The notes under the pieces were generated by a model. The model did no database searches and had not been told where the DNA came from. It saw nothing but the letters and a program-made list of their open reading frames with translations. DNA of 64,000 nt from Rotaria socialis. Taxonomy: Eukaryota. The translations under genes and the position numbers were made by a program. The stretch is from assembly GCA_905331295.1 (NCBI GenBank), contig CAJNYD010000224.1, positions 277,042-341,041 on the forward strand. The letters run 5' to 3'. This document shows, in pieces, positions 25,642-39,186 of the stretch (positions within the stretch are counted from its first letter, which is position 1; the number at the start of each line of letters is the position of its first letter).

Positions 25642-26977
25642 GATAGTCATCTAAAACCTTTATCTACAATAAATTGCCTTATCTTCAATAATAAAAAAGT
25701 CTCCGCAGAAATTCAGCATTTATTTTCAGCTGAATCTTTATTTGTTGTGATACTTCTTTATTGCTTTATAGTGTTGTTCTATACACCGGTTCCGAATATA
25801 TATTCTTCAGATGAGAAGGAAAGAAAGAAAGAAAATCTCGAAGAAATAGACTTGTTTCGTGTAAAGCTTTCCTTTACTGTCGAAAGTGATACGTCTATCA
25901 AGGTCTTCTATGAAACACCATGTATATATGTGTTTGCGAGTGCTTAGTTGAATTATGTTCATATTTATCATTCTTTCATTAGCTTACGGTTATTCTACGT
26001 TGAATACACCAGTTCTATCACAATCACTGAATTTAGACAATGTCGAACTTGGTTAGTAGTAAGATGGGTGACCGATTAGGAATATCGAACTTCGTATAAG
26101 CTTTTTCTGTTTCGATTGCATATATCACATGTCTTTTATCAACGATATTCTATTTTTTTGTAATCTCAATGTTGAAATTTTATTTTTGAGTTTGCCGCTT
26201 CGTCTTGTCAATAAATTAGTTTTGTTTGCTGGATAATCTTCTTTTTTTTATCTGTTTTTCCTCTAAAAACTCAGCTCTATAAAGTACGTTTATTCAGATA
26301 TCTATGCAGTTCATGAATTCGTTCCTTCAGTTATAAACTGCTCGTCATTAATTCTTGAACTTTGAATAATTTCCTAAATTGATATACTAAAGAGCTGTAC
26401 TCTTCAATTATTTTATTTTTATGAACAAAAAACTGGTCGGTATCTGTAGCAACGAATAATAACGTTGCATTATCATGCATGCAGTTTTCAAAGCTTTAAT
26501 ATGAATTGAATGGGTCTGGATCGTATCGTATTGATATATTATTGTAAAACTGAGACCAGGCAAGATTGAATCATTATTGATCAACCAAAGAAAAAAAACA
26601 ATTCATCATAATTAATATAAGAAAACGGATATTTGAGCACGATTTGTGCTATGTATCCCGTAAATATTTAAAGGTCGTTCAATTTGAATCCAAATAACCT
26701 AATTTCATTTTAATTGTCGTGACCAACTTTTTTAAACTCCTGATGGAGAAATTGTTTTGTATATATGTTGACCCTCACTCTTACATGCAACGCAATATGT
26801 TTCACGTGGTTTTTATCTTCATATCTGTTCTGTTTGCTTATGTAGCATTTGATTTGAAAAAAGGTAATTCGTCGTGTATTATTTTATTCCCTCTTTGTTT
26901 CTCTATTCAAATTCAAGGGTAGTCATCGACAGTAATAATATCATAATAAGCATCGGTTTGTTTCATTGTTTTTCTCG

Positions 26978-28669
26978 ATGTAAGTAATTAATTACTACTA
27001 AAAATATATTGAACACTCCGAATCTTGATTAGGGATCCACGATTCAACGAGGAGACTCTTGCCTTTCTTAATTTGATGATGCAGTTCCCTGTAACAGCAA
27101 AGGAGCAAGATGTCCATATAAATCGTGCACAAGCAGAAGTCGCACATGCTAAAATCAATGAGAAACTCATCGATTCTTTCAAAGGAACTCTACAAGAACA
27201 AAACGTTCAAGCTAATTCAACAGGTAAATAGTATGTCTATTTTATTGCTCAAATTTTCAATCTTTCTCAAATTTCATAGAGATACCGATCAGTATTTACA
27301 CACCTGTCGATGTCAATACGTCGAAGATTGTGATATTTTTTCATGGTGGAGGTAAGTAAAAAGATAATCACTTGAAATATTCTATATAGAATTGATTTAT
27401 TGACGAGAATAGGTTGGACAGTGTGTAATCGAAAGACACATCAAACTATTGTCAATATGCTGGCTGAGTAAGAACAACTTCTCGCTAATGAATTTCTTAT
27501 TCTATTATTTGCATTTCTTTACTTTACAGTGCTACGAAAACTGTTTGGATTTCAGTGGAATATCGTCGTGGACCTGAGTATCAATTTCCTATTTGGTGGA
27601 ATGATTCTTATGAAGTAACTCGTCATATTATAGAAAATAAACAGTCTTACGGTTATATCGCTCTTCACATGTTCGTCTGCGAAATTCTATCCAGAATTCT
27701 ACATTCTTAGGTGTTGACTCATCGGCTAAAGTAGGCTTGGCAGGTGACAGTGCTGGTGCTGCATTGAGTGCAACAATTTCTCGAATACTAAACAAGATTG
27801 ATTTTCAGGTAGTATTAATATTTTTCTCACTCGAACTATTTTTAGGACATTTCCTAAAACAGTAAAATTTAAAATCACATCAAAACATGTTCATTACGTG
27901 TGAGAAGTTTCTGTTCTTGTGTGAATACTGTATTTAGAACACAAGTGACGCTTTACACAAAAAGAAGGCGGGTCAGCGTGTTTGATAACGTGTAAAAGAT
28001 AGATTCATAATTAAATGGATTCCTCTTTCCAACTTTATATATGTGCGCTCATTTATTATCGTGATTCAAAAGATATAAAGATAAGAGTTCCTATTGTCAA
28101 TCTAAATAGATTCTAGTCTACGGCATATATGATCTATTACGAAGAGCATCTTCGTACAAAGAATTTATCCAACCTATGTATTTCCTCACACCGGAAACAT
28201 TAGACTGGTAAGGCAACTATTCGATCAATTATATATCTTTTATTAATATTTTGACAGGTTGACAACATCATCATTTAGTGATATGAAAGACTTGACTGAT
28301 TCTCGAGCTTCTGCTCTGGCCAGCTCTTCTTTCGAAGGTTTACCACCATCTTTATTTATCGTTGCTGAACTTGATCCATTCGAGACGATAGTTACGGTAA
28401 AGAAGACCTATGAAATGAAATCATATATGAATTAATTTTCCTTATTGTCGAATTTTCAGCATATCAGAAAGCTCTAGATCAAGCTGGTGTAAAAACACAA
28501 CTGGTCTTAATCAAAGGTGTAGCTCATGCATTTTTCTCACTTCCAGGTAGAACAAAAACATTTTACTAGGCTTTTGCTTCACATGAATTTTTTTATTGAT
28601 TCAGGGTTCTTTCCGAAATCCTGCGGTGAAGTGATCGGTAGTATAAAAGAATTTATGGCTACATCATGA
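26978..28669 (+). CDS. HSL-family (abhydrolase_3) carboxylesterase/lipase, 10 exons; 1-nt deletion near 28380
   Basis: Spliced product MDPRFNEETL...IFFHGGGW...SVEYRRGPE...LAGDSAGA...LPPSLFIVAELDP[fs]RDDSYAYQKALDQAGV...GVAHAFFSLPG...FMATS*. It has the HGGG oxyanion motif, GDSAG nucleophile, catalytic Asp (LDP) and His (HAF). The ATG appears split AT|G by intron 26980-27032. Confidence 0.88.
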
Positions 28670-29192
28670 AATTTAATCGTTTCACTTAACGAACTGCATT
28701 GAGATATTTTCTTTATTTATAGCAAAAACATTCTTCGATTATCAATAAAAGAAAACTAGAGATTGCATTTTCTTTAGTCTTATTGTGATTCAATTATTCT
28801 TTTTGTGCTAAGTAGAAAGTTCCTGAAATTCATTCAAATAACTCCTTTCAATCTAACTTAATGTCTATATTTTTCTTAGTTGGTCATACTCTATTTTGAT
28901 GTATGAATAGAATCATCGTGAGCTTTTTTAATTTCGTTCTTTGCTCAAATTAGTGAACATTCGACTATAGAGGAGAATTAACTGAAAGTGTACTGCAAAT
29001 GACATGTATGAGTGTCGTCCAGTCTCTTGTGAACCTGCTATCTACTAGCCAAATACTTTGTAACACCATACATGGCAAAGGTACGATTCACACGACTATA
29101 ACAATTCTTAATTATATCTACATACACGATAGAAGTTTTCTTTAAAAATTTAACATAGTTCGATTTGTGAATTTTTCCTGATTTACATCATT

Positions 29193-29898
29193 TTACCACC
29201 AGTGACATGGATAATGCCTGGTGGGTACTAGATTGTTGATCACAACAGCAAGAAAAACAAGAATAAGAGAACCCGATAGAACAGGCATGAGAACATATTG
29301 AAAACCAGACCAGGGAAAAGAAGTATTACTGATGACAACGATGAGGGCGGTAGCACCGGCCGGTGCATGAACTGTACTGGTCATTTGCATAACAAAAAGT
29401 GCTAATGAAACTGCAAGCGCAGCTGCTACGAATGTTACACCATTTGTGCCAAACAAGACACGAACAGCACAGCCAATTATTGCACTGATCACCTGACCGC
29501 CAACTACACTTCGTGGTTGAGCTAAAGGACTGAGTGGAAGTCCGTATACGAGCACAGCCGTTGCACCAAACGAGGCAATAAACAAGACAAGATCATGACT
29601 ACAACAACTTTTCATCTTTGAAAAATTAATTCAATATTAAATTATGACATAAATACCTGGTAAGTAGTCGATAATGAACGACAGCAAGGATGGTAATACT
29701 AACAAATGCACTGACAAATCCAACAACACAATCAAAAAATGTTGCAGACGGTGGTAACGCTGTATGTTGTCCAGTCCATTTTGAGAAATATGTTCGTAAC
29801 CATTGACATTTACTTTTTGATGTCTTAGTATTCATTGTTGTATCATTTTGATCGCCTACAACTATTTTTGTGACACTTTTTGCCGGTAGGGCTGACAT
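29193..29898 (-). CDS. HPP-family integral membrane protein (2 exons)
   Basis: Exons 29898-29657 and 29598-29193, with a 58-nt GT-AG intron. Family motifs IASFGATAVLVYG.P.SPLAQPR.VVGG and TVHAPAGATAL (HAP variant of HPP). Several hydrophobic helices and a terminal YP..WW. Confidence 0.9.
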
Positions 29899-31783
29899 TG
29901 ACCAAAGAATTGAGCACAGAAGTCAAGAAATAAAACAGGTAAAAAGTAGTAGGAATGCACTGCTTCGGCTTGTTAGTCAAAAGATCGATCTAGTAATAGA
30001 ATGAATACAGTAGATAATCTTCATAATAGCCTATACTATGGGATATCTAAGCGCCATCAAAAAATTATCATTCAAAGAGAAGAAATAAAATATATGTAGC
30101 GACAACGCGCATTGAGCAATACTTAGGCTATAATTCAAATAAAAATGACAGTTTTGTTTATTATATTGCGTTAAAAATACGATCAATTACGATAGAAGAG
30201 GACTACTTGATAAATCAGGTAGATGGCATTCTGTGGAAGGGCATCAGGTGCGATTTAGACGAGCTCTAGCATGGATAAATACAGATTAATTGTGACATAT
30301 TCATATATTTCTTTGGCTAAGAATACGCTTCAAAGCGATGATGTTTTCATAACTTTCCAAGGGCTCCTTTGGGATTCAATCAAATATGTAGTTATATATA
30401 AAGATCCTTCAAATTTTTGGTGTTGATAGCAGAATAATTGTAATTAGAAATTTGTGTGTATGTATGTGTATGTAATATTTTCCTCTTTCTTACCTAGAAT
30501 CACTTTCACTTCCTCGTCTGTAACCGCCAAGAAATACATATAGTTGTGTACTTGCACAAGCACATACTTTACTTGCAGCAGTGTGTTGCTATTGGAGGAG
30601 ACAATAATCATAATTCACTTCCTCACGTCATGAGTTATAAATCATGACTATTATCATCTTTTTAATCTCTTCACTCTTATCGCTGTTGTCTTCCACATGC
30701 TTACGGGGCTACCCTACAGTTAATAGATTAGAACAGAGAGAGCAACGCTTGCAAAGGCCCTTAAACAAATTTCTAAAAGCAGACGACCCATACGAATGTT
30801 GGATAGTTTGAAGAATCAAAGAAACGGATTCTAGTGACGTCGGTGAATGTCGTAATAATACATAATTATTAGATATTTGGATGGCTTTCAAATAGATATA
30901 AAAGTTTAACTCAGTACATTCGATAAACGAAGTGAAGCTGCAACTATATATATAATATAATGGACACGATTAAATAGAATACATAAGATTGTATTAGCAT
31001 TCTCTATGGATTGGCAAGTTGCATTAGTGCATAGAAGAGATCAATACTAAGATTTACAAGAGCTTTTGTTAATGTAGACGGCAAATATGATGTTTGAATG
31101 GCTGGATACACGAATCACTGCAATAACACCTCAAATTAGGATAACCATTATTCTAGGTTGCTAACAAAATTTAGAAAGAAAATATCTTACAAGATATTGA
31201 ATTTATTTCAGTAGCCCGATAAGTAACTATATACGACTAGTATGCTTCTAGAAACAAGTCAGCGCGGATGGTAATGAAACGCGATAAAACACATAAAAAT
31301 TTTCTTCTCAAGTGTATGCTCGATTTACATCATACACATTTCGCCGAGCAGTCTCGTGTATACTGATAACCTGGCAAGAAAAGTAAAAAAAGAGACTAAA
31401 AGTAAATGGACTAATTTTGAAAATCTATTTCAATGATATAGGTTAGTCATCGTTATTCTTTGTTGTATATCACTTTTATTATTTGTTAGAAAGTATCAAC
31501 TACTGGTATGTCTCTTGCATATTATTGTAACAATATTTGCTTTTATTAAAACATAGACTTCTAAAGACAATAAAACTTCTTGATCTAGAATAGAGACGGA
31601 ATGTTGGCTTTGAGAATGAATAAAAGAGAGGGTGCCCGTGTGAGTTTTTGGATATAATGGCTTGTAGTATTAGATTCTAATTTGCACTTGAAAGTCAGTA
31701 TTTTTATAAAGTAAAATATTGCAAAGAATACTAAAAAGAAATGTGTTAAATTTAAAAAGTAATAAATTCAGCTTGTCTGCGCC

Positions 31784-32500
31784 TAGGGGTGCCAATTTAC
31801 AGTTTATTTAATTAAAATTTAATTTCGTGAAAAGTTAATTTAATTTAAAATTTTAAGTATATAAAGTTAAATTTAAAATTAATTAAAATTTAATTAAAAT
31901 AAAATTTTTGAAAATTTATTTCTTGATTTAATAAATTTTTTTAAATTTAAATTTTAAATTTTAAATTTAATAAATTGTTTGGATGGATACACATGATTGC
32001 TACGAGAGAAATACGTGACTTTAACAGTAGTAAATACTAAATGAGAGGAAAACCTAGTATTTTAGGTTAACATTTATTCATAATAGTCAAAATTTCTCTA
32101 CAGATTATGCAGGATCCGTCATCTTTCTTCTTCAGAATACTGGGATACTCATAAAAATATATTTAATAGCAAAATTCGTAGAAGAATGACTAACTCTAAC
32201 TTTAGAAAACAGGAAACATACTCAAATTTGACTTGAAATAATAGCAATCAAGTCAAAAACTATGTTTATCTACTAGTTTTCAAAATTCAACTAATTTGTA
32301 TTTCAAAAAAATTAATTTTAATTAATTTTAATTTAAATAATACAAAATTTAAAATTTAATTAAATTTTAATTTCTTGAATTTAAATTTATTTTAAATTTA
32401 ACTTTCCATTTAAAAAAAATTTATTTATTTTTAATTTTAATTTTTGAAAATTTATTTCTCGATTTAATAAATTTTTTTAAATTAAAATGTGACACCCCTA
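31784..32500. mobile_element. hAT-like MITE with extremely AT-rich subterminal regions
   Basis: TAGGGGTGCCAATTT...AAAATGTGACACCCCTA. Flanks TCTGCGCC / TCTGTGCC (8-bp TSD, 1 mismatch). Internal direct repeat TTTTTGAAAATTTATTTCTYGATTTAATAAATTTTTTTAAAT at about 31905 and 32441. Confidence 0.8.
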
Positions 32501-34594
32501 TCTGTGCCCCCAAAGATATCGTTCTGGAGTATACACTGAGATTGATTTTAGGCCGTAAAAATTATTAGTGTTACTACCTATTATATGATGACTTCTTGCT
32601 TTTCGTAAAATTTTACTGATCATCTAGATACTTTCGTTTCATATATGGTTCAGAGTTTTAAATCCGGAGTAAACTCTTAATTCCTGTTGTCACCGGCATC
32701 AGTTCTACCAAAGATAAAAGTGTGACGAATTTGCCTAAAACATATGTAATAAAATTTGCCTGTTCCTTTATCTTGAAACATCTTCTGGACCAAAACAGGT
32801 TGAGCATTTATCTATTATTGCCGGTGCTCTTACAACAATGAAAATATCGTTGTGTTATTCCATAGTTTTCCGTAGCTACTCATGCATTAGATATAGTCTA
32901 ATTTCTGTTAAAATATCTCAATTTTCCAGGAGCCATTTTAATTGTTCGGCTTTTAATTTTTAACTGCGTTTCAATCATATCAGAACAATCTAAATACGAC
33001 GACATATCTTGAAGTCATGTATCAATTTGTAATGCACTATTCAACATTTTTGAACTAATAGCTAAGATTTCTCACATGCGGTCGACTAGCTAGAAGGTGT
33101 TGATTGAAAACTTTTTACACAACGTTCATCTCAAAATGAATGGTCCGTTATTGAACTACGAAAATCAATCATTGAAGACACTTGGTTTGGAAAATGTTAT
33201 CGAATTTGTGAAGGAGCCAATTCAACTTAGTATATTGGAGTGTTTTAGCGAATTACCGATCAGGAAAACTGACGAGCGGATTGAAAAAGAACTCTCTAGA
33301 AAATTTCAATTGTAAATCTGAATAAATAGATTTTTTATATTAACCAAAACTTGGCATCACAAGATAGGCATTGATTATTACACTACTAGTTTAGGAAAAT
33401 AGATTTTTAAATTTTATACATGTTAAGCATTTTTTAAATTAGAATTTTATCGGATCGAAACTCTCTCAATTAACTAGTCGGCTAAAAGACAATGTTTTTT
33501 TTTGTGTTGAGACAGCACAAATTTCTACTGTTAGCTTTACTTGAAGTTGGAAATATTTCTGAAAAAAATAGTATTGATCAATCAATTACTTGAATGTGTG
33601 TGAATAAGTAACTCTATGATAAACAGTTTTAAGAAGTTCCTATTCGAATGGATCCTGACTAATGTGAATTAAGAGTCGAAAATTGAAATAGACATTGATG
33701 TATAACTAATTGCTAGGATATACGTAAAAGTATCGTTTACTTTTACAATTTTAGAAAAGGACTGATAATTTATTTAGCTGCTGCCTTTTTTTGAACACTT
33801 TCTGATGTTTTCCTATAGCATGCGTTACTCATGCTACAAAAAAAGCTCGAAAATTATACGATCGATGATCTCTGTCAAAGGTTGCCCCAGATCGATGAAC
33901 TTCCACGATTATCACAAGATATGTGTTCCAACTTAAAATGGCATTATCTGTTTCATTGAACGGCTCGTAAAAGTTGCATATCATTTATATATGCTATATT
34001 CATGGCCTTGAGTTTCCGGCATTTAATCACAATAAAGTATTGATGTTTTGCATAACTATTCGTTTCTTTATAAGAATACCAAATTTCCTAAAGTTATATT
34101 ACATTGAGCACTAATATCTTTGTGTTTTTAAAGAGTTCGCTTTGCTTCGGTTCGATAGGTTTTGAATCAGAAGTCTCTTGTCACGAAACCTAGATCGATA
34201 TCTGTAATAAATGTTTTTCATGATTATAGTGTTACTAATTTGTGTTTCTACCTTCTATCTATGAATCGAAACATCGGAGAGAGGAGATGCAAAGAACAAC
34301 TTAGAAAAGCTTAAGAAAAAACAGCTCAAGAGCTCACTCATTTAAGGTTTCCGAGATAAAATATGGTTTAACAACTGTTTCTGTTAGTACAATTTGTCGA
34401 AGATTTCCCATATTATTCTATCATAAAACACTTCTAGAGAGTTCTGATAGAAATATGATAAACGAATCATTAATTCTAGTTCGATGGAGTTTTTTGGGTT
34501 ATCTACTTGTGATGCCAACTCTAAACTATGTGAACATACTTTTGCTTTTTTAAATATAGTTTTCGAAGTTGGATTGATTTGCGAAAAAAACTTC

Positions 34595-34981
34595 ATGAGT
34601 CAATTAATCTACGAGTTCACAGCAATATTTGTTGTGATTATTCATATTCACAGTAACAGTAAGTAGAGACTATAAATATTATATTCACTGGTATTCTTTG
34701 GAGCTTTTTCAGGTAGTGCAGATACTTCGTATTCCCATCAAGATGCAGAAAATACGTCTGATACACTTTTCAATAGTACAATCAACTGGACCACACACTC
34801 TCCAATTGAAGAGGGCGCTAGCAAAACTATGAAAATAATTTCTATTTGCTTACTAGTTGGCATGGTAGTTAGCAGTATTATCTATTGGAAGTCTGTACAA
34901 AGATGCAAGACTGTAAAACCTGTACAGCAGCAAACGCCAATGGACACTGGAACTGAGCTAGAAAAATGGGAACGATTTTGA
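34595..34981 (+). CDS. Orphan 110-aa type I membrane protein (signal peptide, S/T-rich ectodomain, one TM helix); 2 exons
   Basis: Exon 34595-34658, 54-nt intron GTAAGT...TTTCAG, exon 34713-34981; 333 nt in frame: MSQLIYEFTAIFVVIIHIHSNSSADTSY...NTS...NST.NWT...KIISICLLVGMVVSSIIYWKSVQRCK...EKWERF*. Confidence 0.65.
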
Positions 34982-37628
34982 CCAGTAACAATTATTGGAA
35001 TTCGATTAACGTTCTAGAAAATTTTATTATCAACGATCATACAGCTGCAAGTTGTATTTTTCATCTGAAATATCGAGCTAATAGCCAGAAAAAGTTTATT
35101 TTGTCTCTGTGCGAACAGTATAAAAGTAGAAATTAATAGTGCGAATAAAGGGACGATATGAAAATACAACATGTTTTGATGTTCTGTGTTAATTTTTAAT
35201 ATACATATAAACAATTATTTGATGACAGACCACTGTGTATTTACTTATATTTATTCTATATTTTCACGTCTATTTCTCTGTTCGATTATTATAGTCAAAA
35301 TGCATCCATGTAGCGAAGGAAAAACTGATCAACGTAGCCTCTTTGAGATGAAAATATAAAACTCATATATATGCTTTAGACTAAATAAACTGATGCTAAA
35401 TATCTGAAGTGAGAATCTCTCTCTTCTCTAAGATCTATAATTAGGACACTACCTATTCGCTTATGTCCGTAATGGGAACGATGAGTTAAGGTAGCTGAAA
35501 AGCCGTAAAAAATCTCACGTCGAAACATAAGGTCACCATTGTCTTTGAATATATACGAGCTACACTAATTAATGAGTACGTATTCTAGAGTAACTTCTTG
35601 TAAGTTCACCCCATTCCCAACACAAATCCTACCAAAAATCAAGTATTCTCCATTCAATACATCGGCAAATGAGGAATGTTCCCAGGTTAGATACTGATAA
35701 CTAGTGTATTTTTGGAATTGCAGGTATTGGTCACTTGGCTAAACCACCATAGAACATGTTAGAAAAAAAAACTGATTGTAGAAAGAATTTTTCTTTTCAA
35801 CTTTTTCTACATTAACTTAACTAAGCTAAAGAATATACGGGCAATATACATTGAAGTTTAAAACAGGCTCCCAAGTGAGTAAAAAAAGGGTATGACGGGC
35901 GATCTGTCTAGTCTAAAACGTCAGTGTATTTGTCTTGTCTAGTCCACCTATAAGACATTGTCCTTCCAATAAGCTTGGACTAGTCAGCCATTTCAGAAAA
36001 TTCTGTCAGGACTAGTCTAAGGAGTCTTCGAAAGAGGCCAAATTCAACATATTCCAGGGACAAATAACGTGATTTCTTGTTCAGACTAGTCTCAGATTTA
36101 TCGACGCTGTTGCGTGAGTCAGTGATATCCCTTTTATCAATGAAGTCGATTTTAATTAGAAAATTCAGGTTTGTTCACGCCTGAACTAATTTATGGAATT
36201 GGAAAAACTGCTGTAATATCTAGTCCATTTTATCGAGAAAATGAATTCATTGCTTATAAGAAAACAAGCACATGTGTTGAAGTGAAACGAAATGTCGAGG
36301 TGTACTATTTGTCATTTATAGTAATATTATGAATTTAATAATATATAGAATAAAAAAAATAATCTAACTAATAATAAAGTCCAATACTACTGATATGCTT
36401 GAATTTTAAAATTTACAACGAATCTAAATTGATAATGTAACTTTCACTGACGAAAAAAGTATGCAAATAATTATTTTCTATATTATAGTGCACAACTCAA
36501 GCAGTATAATCAGAGTTTAATAACTATAGATGATAGTATCATAGTATTGAGTAGACTTGTTTATTATAAATTTGGCATTGGAGTAAATATGAAACCAACA
36601 CCGAAACTAGTCCTTTTTGTATTGAGTTTTTCACTTATCTGTAATATGCAGTCAAGCGACACCTAAGTATGCACATATGTATCATTCATTTCGTCATTGG
36701 CAACGACGTTCTTTCATTTCGTTTAAAAGATAGACAATGTTTTACAACGATTTTCTTGTTGCCGTTGATTGTTAAAAAAAGAGAAAAGATAGAAGCAATA
36801 TGAAATCTCTTACATTAATTTAACATGCTTCGAATGATAGACCTTATTTCTCTCTCATGCTAATTATTATTATAGTAATTACTATATGAGACAAGTGAAG
36901 TTTCAAAATTTGTATTCATATTTTCTGTGATTGAGATCCCTCTTTATTTTAAAGCGTATTATCATCGTAACTGTATTTTTTCAGATTTTTTAATCAATTG
37001 AAGTCGTATAAAAATCCCACGCCAATCTGATACGGCTTCTCATTGTGTTGCACAATGGGAAGATAACAAAGATCAATATGCCATAGCTGATACGAAACGA
37101 TCGAAAACTGTATCAACATTAAAAATTGGCATAACAACTTTGTTTGAAGGTTATAATCGTTAACGACGACGTGGAAACATTTTATATCTGGGTACGTTTT
37201 TATTGACACCAACCGATAATATTGATCTTGGGTTATTACGTATGGCAACCGAAAAGTTTATTGGAGAGCAAATGTTCAGAATGCTACATAAAATAGTTAT
37301 CAATTAATGTTGCATATTTTTGCAACGAAAACATATTTATCTTATTAGTGAAACATTGTAATTTGATCTTGACTGAAGTTTTTTCACATAATGTTCTACG
37401 TTTCTTTCAGAACAACAAAGAGAATAGTTATTTTTTTCGAATTCTAAATTTTCGAATACATTTTTACTCCATAAAATATTAACGAAACTTTGGTTTTCAT
37501 GTAGGTACGAAAAAAGATTGCTTTGCATATGAATTTGATATTGTAGAAGACGATACACAGTTAAATACCTACAGCTGACTTCATGACACAAATGAATTAC
37601 AAAATAATTCAAAAATGTAACGTAGTCA

Positions 37629-38158
37629 GGGTCTGCCATTGGTAATCAGGGTCTATTATAGGGAATCAGGGTCTATCATACAGAATCAGGGTCCGCCATA
37701 GGGAATCGGCGGCTAACAGGATCTACCACGGTCTATCAGGGCTTGCCAGGGTCTACCAGGGTCTACTAGCGTCTACTAAGGTCCTAAAAAGATGTGGGCT
37801 GTGATGCGTGTGTGAATTTTTATTTACCAAAAACGAAACAAGTTCACAATTATTCTTTTTTCAATCCTTCAGCGAACAAAAAAATGGGGAGATAAGATAA
37901 GATAAACAAACAGACATGTAACATATACATATCTTATTATTCTCCTTCCAAAAGAACACGAAAAGATACAAACATGCATAACTATGTAAGAAGGAATGGA
38001 ACGAAAAGAAAGCGAGCAGTCGCTTACAGTGTGTATTCTCGCTGTGTACACCCTTCATCACACTCACACTATCATGTATGATGTGTGTGTGTGCTCTTGC
38101 TGTGTATACCCTACATGACACCCACACCATGGTAGACCCCGATTACCTATGGCAGACC
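37629..38158. mobile_element. MITE with ~27-bp TIR and 20-bp subterminal tandem repeats
   Basis: GGTCTGCCATTGGTAATCAGGGTCTA vs TAGACCCCGATTACCTATGGCAGACC. Tandem AATCAGGGTCTA units at 37625-37780. Confidence 0.7.
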
Positions 38159-39186
38159 GCATAAGAGCTATACTGATTATTGTTCAACACAGAATTACTT
38201 TGGAATCGACTAATCTGAATTACTTTGTAATTCATTTGCGTCATCCAGTGCTACAGCTGGAGTATTTCTCCAGGACTTCGAGAACAATCTGATACACTAA
38301 CAAGTCGTTTAATTGAAATTTAAGAACTGATTAGAATCTTAGACAGATAAAGAATGAATTGCACTGAAACTTTAACATTTGTATATTCAATCTACTATAT
38401 AACACGTTTTTCATTGATGAATTCTTGTTACTATGAATGGAATGTTTTCTGAACCTTTATAAAAACTATTGAAATTATTCTCATTTTATTTACTGTTCTT
38501 TTTCCATACGAACACGATATAATTTTATCTAAAACGTATGGACTTTCTTAACCATCTTCAGAAAAATACATAAGAATTAATTCTTCCGTAAAAAGCACAT
38601 TCTAAGTAATCAGACATTATGTTAACCTAGCAAAGCGCTGTCTCTAGATGTTGCCCTGTGGATGAAGAAATAACTTGCGGAGAGATGTCATTTATTTACG
38701 ATGAATTTCTCACGCGTGCTAAAGACAAAACTGAATTTAGTTGAAGGAAAGTCAAAATATTTGTTCAATGAGGCAATCAGCTGTATAATTTCGAAAGTTT
38801 TCTTTCCTAAAAGATAAATACAAAAACGCTTTTTTCTATCATGAACATCTTATTAATCATCTAGCCATAACTCTTCGTCTGTTAAAACTAGATTGTAAAA
38901 AGCATTTAAGATGAAAGGTTAAGTGAAAAATACTATTCATAATCATTTCATTTTGCGTTCTTTTGTTAAATTCAAATATTTATTTTGTTTCATGTTGACG
39001 CTATTAAATTCTCCTCTGAAATAAAGCCATCAGTTGTTCGATTCAGGATTACATCGAAAATCCCACTTCCACACTATATATTGACCTACAGGATACATAT
39101 TTGTGACTATAAGTGTTTGTTTTCATGACACTGAAGAGAACATTCACAAACAAAGCTTCTCATATATTATATTCAATGGTTTCTAT

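Noticed and set aside
36985..37310. Exon-like stretch (HCVAQWEDNKDQYAI...GNILYLGTF)
   Set aside because: Contains stops and a frameshift and I cannot assign a family. Probably a decayed TE-associated ORF.
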